In this document: in pieces, positions 11,115 to 23,200 of the stretch
How the letters are laid out: every line of letters begins with the position of its first letter
Numbering within the stretch: the stretch's first letter is position 1
Assembly (NCBI GenBank): GCA_025786725.1
Contig: JAHLTZ010000022.1
Span: forward strand, 124,001-188,000
Length of the DNA: 64,000 bases
Origin: Syncephalis fuscata S228
Taxonomy: Eukaryota; Fungi; Zoopagomycota
Reading direction: 5' to 3'
Translations under genes and position numbers: made by a program
Notes under the pieces: generated by a model
Told to the model about the DNA's origin: nothing
The model's input: only the letters and a program-made list of their open reading frames with translations
Databases searched by the model: none

Positions 11115-12383
11115 TTATTCGCTATCAGTAAGCATATCAAAATGCGCAAAGTTATGATCGGTGCTTATTGGTCGCTGTCGTTGTTGCTGTGTTGGCGGTG
11201 GCGATTCAGTAGGTTTGCGACGCATACCAACGTGCCACCATGGACGACTTCGCCTTCTTGACTGCTCAGATGAGGGAGATGGTTCGCGAATGCGTTTTAA
11301 TAATGCCAACCCTTTCCTAATCGGTGCTATTACCGATGAAGTTCTCGATGGACGTGCAGGCAGTATATCGGATTTGATAGTGGACTAAGAGGGAATTTAG
11401 GCAAAGTATTAAGTGCTTGAGTCGACATGGAGTGTCGATGCCTCATAAATACAGTAGTTTGCGGTATTGTGGGGTCTGGTCCATAGTTTACTCTTGTGGA
11501 TCTGCGTGTTGAAGGTAAATCGGTCGATGATGCCACTGTACTTTCGTGCCTATGGTCAACCATGACCCATTCACTGGCACCGGCATCTCCCATATCTGTA
11601 ATGTCAGAAAGCACCTCGGGCTGAAGCGTTCTTACATATTCGGCGCTTTGCGTAACAAGCTCATCGATTCGGGCCCGGGCCGAGGCACGTTCTGCTTGTG
11701 TCATGAACCGACCTGAGGCTATACCAGGATCAACATCACTTAGTACAACAAGTGCCGACAAAGACTCGGAAAGTGAGCCTTGGCTAGACTCAATAGGACG
11801 TGTCTAGCACCCTGTATATTGTAATTCTCTGATGTATTCCTTCGGCGGTGTAGATAAATTTCTGCACGCATTTCTTGACTATTTGTAAGGTCATCGCTAC
11901 TTGATGGAGTTACCTGGCTGGTAGGTCTGCTGCGGGGCACATTGCTTGTCCTAGTGACCGCGTGGTATGCATAGGCCAATTCTTCGCTAGCATGCATGTA
12001 GTTATCGGATAAGGATAGATCGACTGATTGTGATAGCGATGGAACATAGGCGACTACATTGCGTGAGAAGCGCCGCTGTACTAAACCACCATCATCGCCC
12101 AATGATACGGAAAAAACTTGTGAAGTTGGCGATGGGCTACGGCTTGGATCCACAGGATATTCTGTTTATACAATTGTATGTATAATATGTGTGTATAATA
12201 TGTTGCTTGATTAATCTTTTAAACAGCAATGACTACCAATAAAATAGCCATTAAACATGACTACTTACCATCGTAAAAAACTTGATGGAGATATCTATTA
12301 ACGCCATGGTATCTGGATTCGCGAGAATGGCCACTATCCTCTGGGTAAATTGGTTGGGATGTAATATTTGGCACATGCATCAT
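11115..12383 (-). CDS. Hypothetical Ser/Arg-rich protein (model has two unresolved frame changes)
   Basis: Exon 12383-12269 (MMHVPNITSQPIYPED...) splices GTAAGT...AAACAG in frame into the 12161-11740 ORF. Further ORFs 11330-11761 and 11115-11309 are in other frames. Confidence 0.5.
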
Positions 12384-13648
12384 AATGTAGGTGTAGCAGG
12401 AACCAATGATTGGTACAATAAATTTAAAATAGATCAGTTCAAGGAACTTGAATGCGGTGTAAATGGTTTAACAAAAATTTAAACAATAAAACAAACGAAC
12501 GAACAAACGAACAAATAGTAAAAGAAACAGTTGAAGGCAAAAGGCATTGCTAGATTTGAATAGCGTCTGTGTATACAACCATAAAATAGTCACAAATAAA
12601 TAGGTAATTGTGTGGCCGATAAAGCGTAATGTCTTACCAAGTCACAAGACACAAAGGGGCGTTGCAATATTAAGAGGAAGATTAATCTATCTATAGTGCA
12701 AGTATAGAGTAGTTGCAGGCTGAATGAACCATGCCTGCAGTGGAACGGTGGCTGTTAAATATGTGTGCGTTTGCCATGCCAGCAGTAGACCAAAAATATT
12801 TTTGTCAAGGAGTTGTCGTACTACACAAGTCACGCAATTCGCTTGCATAATAAACGACTAAATGGTTTTACAAGTAAAGCCAAATATTGGCAAGTTTATT
12901 AAGTATTTCACTTGTAAAATAATCTTTAATTTAAGCGCTAGGCTGTACTATCGTTTAACTAAATTATGACGCTATCAAGTAGGGACGCAGTTATTTAAGC
13001 TTATCTATACCGGTTGGTTTGAAGTCACCCGACTTTTTAGCAGCCAATGATGCTAGTATTAATGTCGGGCGTTGCAATAAACAGCGTTCTGAAACATAGT
13101 TCATGCACCGTTATTTGCGGCAAAAGACACTTTTTGGCTTAGAGAATATTACATGGGTCTTCGTCAATTGTAGTCAAAACACAATGTCCGCAATAAACGC
13201 AAGATATAGACCAACAAAGAAGTTAAAACAACACCTGTCCTGGAATGAACAATTGTAACATTATTAGGAAATATTAGACAACTATGACGAGAGTGTATCG
13301 TTGAAACATCGCTATTGTGTGAGTTTGCTTGTAGTCTTCTGTGTTTGTTTCAAGATGCTAAACGAAGACAAACAAAAGAAAATATCAGGCTATGATGATG
13401 GGGATAAGCACGTTTTACCCACTGCAACGTTTTGAATTGTAAACGAGCTATAGTTCGACTATCGGGTCAGCCAGTAGTAAGTTTAAAACGCCCGAATTGC
13501 TGATCGTACCACCATATACAAACTTCTACATTTTCAACGTTTTTTGCTTTTTTATTTCACCAGCCATCTGCATGCCCAACTATTGTATACAAGCCTATCT
13601 ATCTTGCTGTCGTCTCCGCTGAATGATACAACCATTACTGCTGCCAAC

Positions 13649-15682
13649 ATGTTAAAGCTCAAGTGTTCGCAGCACGCTATAGCACTTCATCCCATATCAC
13701 GATCCTATACGTGCAAATCAGCTGAACGAGCCATCATTGGCCAAACATTACATGATTCTTCGGTTCTTTCACACCGTTATCGTTTACTACATCAGCAACA
13801 AAATCAACCACGCGCCCATTTACAAAAAGCTGTTGCTGAAAGCTTTCAAAAAGATAATATGGCCACGCTTACTGGAGCAAACTATCCAGTACGTCGCATA
13901 CCATCAGCAGAGCCAGCGCATTTGAATGTTTTCAGTAACAACTCGGTGCGATTAAGCAAATTAGCGTCAGTCCCAAATTTAAAATTAAGAAAGCAGTCCA
14001 GTAGATTGAATAGCCGAGAAAATGACTTTTATAATATACTGGGATTTCAAAGCATAGCGATGGAGGTTGATGAAGGTAGGTGATCTTCTACATTAGTTAT
14101 TAATACTTATAATTTTATTGGAATACAGAAATAGATCACAAATTCCATATACTGTTGCGTCGCTTCACTAGCGACGAACAATTATACGTGCGTGCATTAG
14201 AAACCACCAACAAGTGCTTTTATCAACCACTTGAGCAGCGATACGCACAAAAGCGTCGAAAAAACAGTCGTAAATGGCACCAGATGCTTAACTTTCAGTC
14301 ACAAAATATAGCGTCAATTTTACCGCCCACTTCAACGAAATCATTACAAGGATCACTATCATTACTTGCAGATAATGCCAAATCTACAATGGGAAAAGCA
14401 TCACGTAAAATAGCGCTTCGCCCAAAAGATACAAATTCTGTAAATCCAGCACCCACTCCGCTAGATCCAACGGATGTGCTAGAACGCATGTTTTTCTATT
14501 TACCGACACTGATTGATTTACATACCGAGTTCCTAGCGCAACTGAAAACATTGTAAATAACAATAATATAAGATTTTTCGTTATACTAATGCAATTTATA
14601 GGTTATCTAGAAAGTCCTCTATACTACAACTATTGTATCTGCTAGACAGTATGGTGAGTTTCTATATCTATTACTACTATTAATTGCTAACATATTACTA
14701 TGTAGGTCAGTCGTTTTAAAGTCTACGCGGACATCATCAATCATAGCTACGTTAAAGCGCTAGCCGATTTTGAAAGCCTGCTACAAATGGATAAAAGCTT
14801 TCGCAAGGCTGTTGAGGTAGACTGACCTATCAATCATACGTTACTAAACACTAATGTTCTAATTTCCAGGACTGCACAAAAGCAGCGGATCATTTAAAGC
14901 TTCGCTCACTATTACAGAGAACACGTGGTAGAATGGACTATTACCTTGAAGTACTTGATACTTTACAATCAAAATATGTCTTGTCCGATGCCGCCGATAC
15001 GCATCTAAAAGCCGGCCAATGTATTGAGTCTTTCTATCAAATATCCCAACAAATTAGTGAATGGTAAATTACTTTATTTTAACTAAATAACTATACTAAG
15101 CAGCCATTTATAGGACAAAACAAGCAGAGGATGTTGAAAAAATTGCGCAATTGGCATGCACAATGCAAGGATCTATGAGTTTTTCTTTAAGCCAGAACAT
15201 AATACGATAATTAGCGGCAATTTAACTGTTTGCAAACTCGATAACCCATTCTTTCGACAACCAATGTGCGCCTGGCTATTGGCTGATCGCATACTGTTGT
15301 CGAAAAACTCGGATATGGCTGATGATATAGATAAAGTAAGTACTAATAATTTAAAGTAAACAATCTATTTATTCGTTGTTTAGATATCGCTACCATTGGA
15401 TCAAGCTACCATATACATTTGCTCAGGCAAAGCCCGAACTGGTCCTTTCCAAATATTACTTCGCGTAAACCATGACGATACACTGCTGGAATTCGATACT
15501 CTTGGTGCATTTGAAAAATGGCGCGCCCATTTTAAAAATATTTTGACATCCCTTCATGGAGATCATGGTATGTAGTAGCAGCATTGTGCTGCTCTAGCAC
15601 CACTGTTCTAACTCTAATGTTTTTTATTATAGGAAAGACGCGCCTGCACAAGGTTCGACATTTTTCATCAGTTACCGAATGA
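13649..15682 (+). CDS. Divergent DH-PH (RhoGEF-like) protein 1, multi-exon
   Basis: DH-like segments LRRFTSDEQLYVRALETTNKCFYQPL, MFFYLPTLIDLHTEFLAQL and LKLRSLLQRTRGRMDYYLEVL. PH-like MCAWLLADRILLSK and FEKWRAHF. Short GT-AG introns. Stop TGA at 15680-15682. Confidence 0.7.
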
Positions 15683-15920
15683 AATATACACTACATACAC
15701 CAACACTTTAGACACTTTACGACAATAATCCTTACAATTATTAAACGACAAAACTTAGATATTTAACTCGATACACCACGCAATACATATACAAGCAATA
15801 ACAACAACAACGTCAGTTTATACTTTACATCATTGATTTCTATTTGGAAGTAGCCATTGTGTTTTCGTAGCATTTTTCCCACCACCCTTTCTCTTTCTGC
15901 TGAACATTGATTGCAATAAA

Positions 15921-17074
15921 ATGAACATTCTTGCTCCATTAACACAAGTGGCGCGTCATAGTGCTTCTAGTCGCGTGCTTTCGGTTAGTATTCAATTTGC
16001 CGACCATAACACGCTATTTACAATAACACCTATTAGGCCGCTAGCATTTTAGCACGTCGGCAATTCACTGCCACAACAGCCGCTTCGGATGGCAAGCAAC
16101 ATGGTATCAAGTCACTTGGTGTTGTCGGCGCCGGCCAAATGGGACTAGGCATTGCTTTAGTGGGTGCACGTATGGCCGAACTACCTGTGCGCATTATGGA
16201 CGTTAGCCAGCACCAGCTGGAAAAGGGCCTTTTGCTTATGGGTATGTGTCGGTGTTCTTAATTTAAATATGACCAACTGACAATGGCAACTAATAGATAA
16301 ATTATTGGAAAAGGATGTGCAACGTGGCCGACTTACTGCAGATGAAAAGAAAGTGATCCAGTCGCGTGTATCAGTGGTGAACTCGGCCGAAGCATTGGCA
16401 TCGACTGCTTCGGACACTGATTTGATTGTTGAAGCCGTTTCAGAGCGGATTGATTTGAAATTAACTTTGTTCCGCGATTTGTCGGCAGTCGTTGCACCGT
16501 CAACTATTCTAGCGTCCAATACGTCGAGTATTAGTATTACTAAAGTGGCCGGTGCTACTCTGCATCCAGAGCGTGTTATTGGCATGCATTTTATGAATCC
16601 AGTGCCAGTTATGAAGCTGGTGGAGGTTATTCCCAGTCTACAAACTTCAACCAAGACTCTAGAAACAACACTGGCACTGGCTCGTGCTATGGGCAAGACA
16701 ACAACCGTCAGTCAAGATGTTCCTGGCTTTATTGCAAATCGTCTACTTATGCCATATATTAATGAGGCGGTTATTGCACTACAAGAGGTACCTATAATGG
16801 ACTGTAGCAATAATACAGTAGACTAAAACGTTAATTTATACAGGGTATTGCCACACGTGAGGATATTGACACGACAATGCGCCTTGGTACCAATGTACCT
16901 ATGGGCCCACTTACTCTGGCTGATTTTATCGGATTGGACACATGTTTGGCCATCATGAAAGTGCTTCACGTCGAGTTGGGTGATTCCAAGTACCGTCCAG
17001 CCGTGTTGTTGCAGAAATACGTAGACGCTGGCTGGTTGGGCAAGAAATCCGGCCGTGGATTTTACGAATATTAA
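15921..17074 (+). CDS. 3-hydroxybutyryl-CoA / 3-hydroxyacyl-CoA dehydrogenase, probably mitochondrial
   Basis: Rossmann motif [13 protein letters not shown], plus [46 protein letters not shown] and [14 protein letters not shown]. Arg/Ser-rich N-terminal leader. Three short introns. Confidence 0.93.
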
Positions 17075-17247
17075 TTCGAAATACATACATGCTTAATAAT
17101 AAAACTATAAGCATTCTAATACTATTTAATCTATTGTTGTGTGAATACTTGTCACGTACAATTTGTAATAGTGCTAAAACAATTAAATTTGAATATATAA
17201 GTTGCATATTTATTGTAAAAGCTACACATGAACATAAGTTAAATGAA

Positions 17248-18533
17248 TCACATCAACTGAACATAGTTGGCCGGAAACTAAATAGAATAAATATTAGTTA
17301 ATGTTATTTAATAAGCATGTTAGTAAATTACCACGCCTTCACGTCCATTGCAAGTACCGGTCCACCAATCGTTTTGACTTTCAGTTTTTCTAACAATGGT
17401 AATTTGTTCGCCAGTACGGAATGAAAGATCACCTGGTTGTTGTCCATCAAAGTCGAACTGAGCAATGGCCAGTTCGCCATGAGGACGTGCAGGCATTGGT
17501 GGCGGTGGGGGCGGTGTAGCATGTGTACTAATATAAGAGCTACTTTCAGGCATCGACATAGTGGCGGCAGTACCGGCCATAGCACCAGCCGTTGCAACAC
17601 CAGCCCCATGTCCTAGCGAGGATGGTCGCACTGTTGGCTTCTTCTTAAGTGGAGGAGGTGCTGTTGGTGCTGCTGAGTTTGCTTGAGCGCTTGGAGATGC
17701 AGAACTAGACGGTGCATGGTCGCCCGATGCCCGTGCGAGTAAAGCTGCGTAGAGAGTGTCCGCAGCAATTGGGGGTTCGACTGAACCCGACAATAATTCC
17801 TTGGCACTTACGGGTCGACCGTAAAACTTGGCATTTGCGTCTTTACGCTCAATAATAGCTGATCCCTCAAGTGAAATGCCTAATAATTATAAATATTACA
17901 ACACAGTATGCATTACTTTGCCTACTTACCAGCAAACAATCCTTTTGTTTTGCTGTACGAGAAAATAGCAGCCAGATTACCTACTGTGGCCGCAGCCTCG
18001 GCATTTCTACCTACGGGTCCTGCTGCCACTGTTTACTCATTAGTTAGCTTGATGTAATGGCTGACTAAAACGACTTACCAGAGAGATTACCGCCAAGCGT
18101 AACGTTACCGCCATGTGAAAACGCCTTAACGGCATCGGGCGAGTTAAGTACAATAACAAAGTCAGTTACTTCTGCGCCTATTTGTCCGCCAAATCCCATT
18201 CCGCCAGTGGCGATACAAGAGGGTGCCGACCAGCCAGATCCATCTGGCAAACGAGCAATGACAATGCCAGAACCTGCACGTCCAGAAAATAGAAAGCCTG
18301 CTTTAACGACTGTAAAGATTGCTAATCCCTGGGCGCGCGCTAAAATGTCTGGTGGGATAACTGAATCAGGTCCGTTATCGCCTTGGCCCGTTTCTAAAAG
18401 AAAGTGGCAATAAGTAAACGTTATAGACGTTAAAATAAACTAAATAGCTATACTTACGAACAAAGCTGTTGAGTATCTTTGTTGCTTTGCGGCATTCGCC
18501 AGCAAGATTAGTAGGAAGTGGAGAGTTAACCAT
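17248..18533 (-). CDS. YSC84: Ysc84/Lsb3 (SH3YL1) family SYLF-domain + SH3 actin regulator
   Basis: MVNSPLPTNLAGECRKA start. SYLF motifs GSGWSAPS, GGQIGAEVTDFVIVLN and KTKGLFAGISLEGS. C-terminal SH3 AQFDFDGQQPGDLSF...DWWTG...FPANYVQLM*. Confidence 0.9.
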
Positions 18534-19496
18534 GTTGATAAAACTTATGAATAATATTCAAAAAATAATGCTTTGAAGAAGTCAAGAAAAACGGAGGAAC
18601 AAGTGCAACAAGTACAGTTGCTATTGTCGCTGCAGTAGAACTTATTGTACTCAAAGCGCCAAGATTCATCCAAGGAGGTACACCATACAAACCTAATCAG
18701 GCTATTTTTAGATCATTTTTACAATTATGACGATATTGCAAATTGGCTCAATTAAACTAATCTCAATTATCCAATAAGCAAAGGCCTATCCAGCGTAGTT
18801 ATAGCAATATCTTGGCTTTTGGTTTATACACAACATTTCGTGTGTTTTTATATAACCCAACCATTAAAAATTAAAATAAAAGTTTAATTTCTTAACAATT
18901 AAAAAACGATTAAAATAAACAATAAACAATGATTTGTTTCATGGTATTTACATAAAAAAATAGCCAATTTCGATCGTTATGTCTAACGACATAAATATAT
19001 TAGATCGCAACATTTAATAAATATTATTTTGTTAAATACTTCAATGTTTGTTTCATAGGAGTGCGTACAGCCAAAGTAAATAAAAAAATAGTATTAACAT
19101 TTCATTTTAATTGCAATATACATCTTCTATATCATTTGTAAATGAGTAACAATATAATGACACAACTTGTGTTAATCAAATCTGTTGATTATTGAATGCA
19201 AATAGAGCCTGATTATTGATATAGCAATTTGATTGTATATAATTAAAATGAAACCATAAGTTTATTACTATAAGCTTGCACAGTTGAATAGGGCAACTAG
19301 ATGCAAGCCTGTTGATAAAATAATGATTCCATTGATTAAAGACTGGATAAACCAAAGCATTGGCCAATACTTGATATATAAATAGACTGGACGGCTTAGT
19401 TGTCAAATGGTCTTGCTTTTCACCGAATATATACCTAAAGTGTATTGGAATAGTGGTTCAATTGCACTATCAATGCTGATGTCTTGAAACCATCGA

Positions 19497-22363
19497 TTAT
19501 GCTGTATTTACAAATAAATATATTATATGTCATATAATTAATGCATGAGCCATCAATATATAATGCTACTTACCGTCTGTTAATATTAAATTGTTGATGC
19601 GCACAATACATAGATATAATCAGTGAGTAATTAGTTAATACACAATATTACTTACTGTCTATTAGTATTAAGTTGTTGATGAATACAGTACATGGTATAT
19701 AATTAGTGTATAGTCAGCTAACATATAATACAACCTACTTTCTATTATATTAAGTTTTTGATATACACAACACATGGTATATAATTAGTGCATATTCAGT
19801 TAATACATAATGCTCCGTACCGCCTATTAGTATTAAGTTATTGACACACATAGTGCACAACATGCAATTAGTGAGTAATCAGCTAATATATAATACCACT
19901 TACAATACTCTAATGTTGATTGTTAATAAATACAGTACATGATATAAAATTAGTATATGCTCTATTGATATACACTATTACTTACTATCTATTAATATTA
20001 AACAATTAATACCATCAATAAATAGTATAGTTAATGTATAGTCAGTTAATATGCACTGCCACTTACCACCTATTAATATTAAACAATTGGTACAATCAGT
20101 AAATAGTATAGTTAATATACAGTTAATTAATATACGATATCACTTACAGCCTATTAATATTAAATAATCAGTACAATCAGTAAACAACATATAATTAGTT
20201 TATAGTTCATTGATATACAATACAACTTACGACCTATTAATATTAAACAATCAGTACAATTAGTAAATAACATAATTAATGTATAGCCAGTTAATATGCA
20301 CTACCACTTACCAGCTATTAACATTAAATAATTAATGCCATCAGTAAATAGTATAGTTAATGTATAGTTAGCTAATATACACTACCACTTACTATCTATT
20401 AATATTAATTTTTTATGCATACAATGCATAGCAGATAATTAGTTGGATAGTCAGCTAATATATAATATAAGGGGGGACGTTGCTAGTCCAGTAGGTAAGG
20501 CAGCGTCTCCCAAGCTGAAGGCTTCGGGTTCAAACCTCAGTTTGAATCAATCCTTAAGTGGAAAATCCCCCCCTCCAGTTTTCTCTAGTTAACAAATTGC
20601 AAACCAGAACCCAATAAGTAGGTCCAGAAACAAAACCTTGGCTAGAGTAGTCGAGGAAAACCCAATTGGGATCAAATTCAAGGAAATAGTGCTGTGTAGC
20701 GCCATTTAAAAGAAGATGACCCCGCGTGAAATTTATATGGACCAGATTTGCGCAAAAACATGGCAGTCCACCCGTTAAAAGTTTGGAAAAGTCCAAATGT
20801 AGTGGAAAGCAGCACCAATTCTTTAATTATGTGCAGCGTGGCTCACAAGCTCTTCAAAAATAGAAATAAAAATAATATACAATACAACTTACGTCCTGTA
20901 TTATTAAGTTATTAATGAACACAATACATATTATATAATTAGTGAATAGCCAGTTAATATGCAACAAAACTTACTGCCTATTAATAAGGTTGTTGATGCA
21001 TATAATGCATATAATGTAATTAGTGCTAGTCAGTTAATATATAATGCAACCTACACCCTATTAATATTAATTAGTCGATGCATATAATGCATAACATGTA
21101 ATTAGTGCTAGTCAGTTAATATATAATGCAACCTACACCCTATTAATATTAATTAGTCGATGCATATAATGCATAACATGTAATTAGTGCTAGTCAGTTA
21201 ATATATAATGCAACCTACACCCTATTAATATTAATTAGTCAATGCATATAATACACAGTATATAATTAGTGAGTAATCAGTTAATATACAATACCACTTA
21301 CCGCCTATTAAGATTAAACAATTGATACAATTAGTAAATAGCATATTTAATGTATAGCCAAGTAATATACAATACAACTTACTCACTATTAATATCAAAT
21401 AATTGGTACAACCAGTAAATAACATAGTTAATGTATAGTCATTTAATACACAATATTACTTACTGCCTATTAATATTAAGCAATCGGTACAATAGTTAAT
21501 TATTATTATTAACGTATAATCAATTAATATACCATGCTACTTACATTCTATTAATGTTTGTTAATACACACAGTACATGGATATAATTAGAGAGTAATTA
21601 ATAAATATATAGCACAACTTACTAGCTATTAATATTAAATTGTTGATACATGCACAGTACATAATATATAATTAGTGAATAGTCGGTGAATATGCAGTGT
21701 TACTTACTAACTATTACAGCAGTTATTGATACACAATGCATGGCACAATTAATTTATAAGCCAGCACATACAATGCTACTTACCGCCTATTAATATCAAG
21801 TTATTGATACACACAGCACATAATATACAATTAGCCAATACTCAGTCAATATATAATATCACTTACATGCTATTAGTATTGATTTGTTGATATACACGAC
21901 GCATGATATATAATTAGCGCATAATTAATTAATACACAGTACACCTTACCATCTATGGCATTAGGTTGTGATATACACAATACATGGTATATAATTAATT
22001 TATAATCAACTAATATACAATATCGCTTACCGCCTATTAGTATTGAGTTGTTGATACACATGGTGCATAGCATGTAATTAGTGAGTAACCAATAATATAC
22101 AATACAACTTACATTTTGCTAATATTGATTTGTTGATGGATACAATACATGACACATAATTAGTGCACAATCAGTTAATATACAATACAACTTACGACCT
22201 ATTATAATTATTAATTAAAAATATTGTTAATAAACAAATGCTATTATGTTTATTGTTATTGTAACATACCACGACGAACTAAGACTGGATTAGCATCCAC
22301 CATGGTTGTAGCGGCTATCAAAGCCACAACAATGATGCAAACAACGGCAATGGAAAGCTTCAT
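19497..22363 (-). CDS. Microexon-encoded secreted six-cysteine peptide precursor, copy 2 (62 aa, 30 exons / 29 introns)
   Basis: Exon 1 22363-22270 = MKLSIAVVCIIVVALIAATTMVDANPVLVRR+G. The 28 microexons read GTC CAAAAT GCG ATG CAT GCG TTA CTA AAT GCA TGA GCG GGT GGT GGT GCA GAC ATA CTG GTC GCT GTG ATA AGTATT GCG AAA ACA ACG. The last exon, CA-TAA, is at 19501-19497. The 189-nt CDS has no internal stop. Mature peptide: GPKCDACVTKCMSGWWCRHTGRCDKYCENNA. Confidence 0.86.
20471..20872 (+). mobile_element. tRNA-derived SINE, family B, inside an intron of microexon gene copy 2
   Basis: GGGGGGACGTTGCTAGTCCAGTAGGTAAGG...GGGTTCAAACC head and an A-rich tail. 15-bp TSD TAATATATAATATAA (20456-20470) / TAATATACAATACAA (20873-20887). 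Confidence 0.85.
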
Positions 22364-22739
22364 GGTGATATTGATTTGTTGAGACAAACAAATAAAAGAG
22401 ATAGTAGAGTGTGGTTGGTATAGAGTGGGGAGTAGCGTGTGTTTAGCAGAGAGTAGAGTGTGACGATGATATCGCAGTTGGTTGTGTATATTTTGGGGGC
22501 TATTTGTACTTACGGCAATGCTGAGATGCTAGCATGCTGCAGTATACGAGATATATCATTGATGTGTAATATGAACCAATAAAGCAATCCAAATAATGGT
22601 TTAAGGCGCACGTGTACCAATAAATTCATAATGCGATAACATGCTTCCCAGCCTTGATTTAATCTGCTTAGTCTTGGTTTCAATCTGCCAGCCTTGATTT
22701 TAACCTGCTCGGTTTTGATTTCAATCTGCCAACCTTTGA

Positions 22740-23200
22740 TTTAATCTTCTCGGCATTTACACAGATAACGCGGCAATCCCAATGAGCAGTACATATGCGA
22801 TAGAGACATGTACAGTATCCTGTTTTTTATTACACGGCTTAACTATTTGGTGAAAGCAAGATATTGTTTGACTTTGTGAAAACAAAAAATGATGCCTTGC
22901 TATTGCTTCCACTGAATGACTCGGTCCTCAATATCTGCATGCATACAAAATAATACATAGCCTGCCTGGTCTTTACTTCAATCTGTCAGTTATTTGCACG
23001 AGTACTGTGGCAATGGTAATAATCCAGTACATATGCAATAGAGATAGGTATATTAGCCTGTATTTTCTGTTACACGGTTTGACTATTTGGTGAAAACAAA
23101 TATATTGTTGTTTGGTTTTGTAAAAATGATAATAATGTTTTTGCTGCTATTTCTACTGGTTCGGTCCTCAATATCTGCATGCATACAAAATAACACACAA
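22740..23200 (-). repeat. ~236-bp upstream tandem repeat x2 (copy 2)
   Basis: Two units, marked by GCATGCATACAAAATAA at ~22937 and ~23177, homologous to 1574-2290. Confidence 0.75.

Noticed and set aside
16181-16696. Antisense ORFs overlapping real genes (e.g. 16181-16696, 7750-8154, 36191-36571, 57724-57933)
   Set aside because: These are shadow frames of well-supported genes on the opposite strand.
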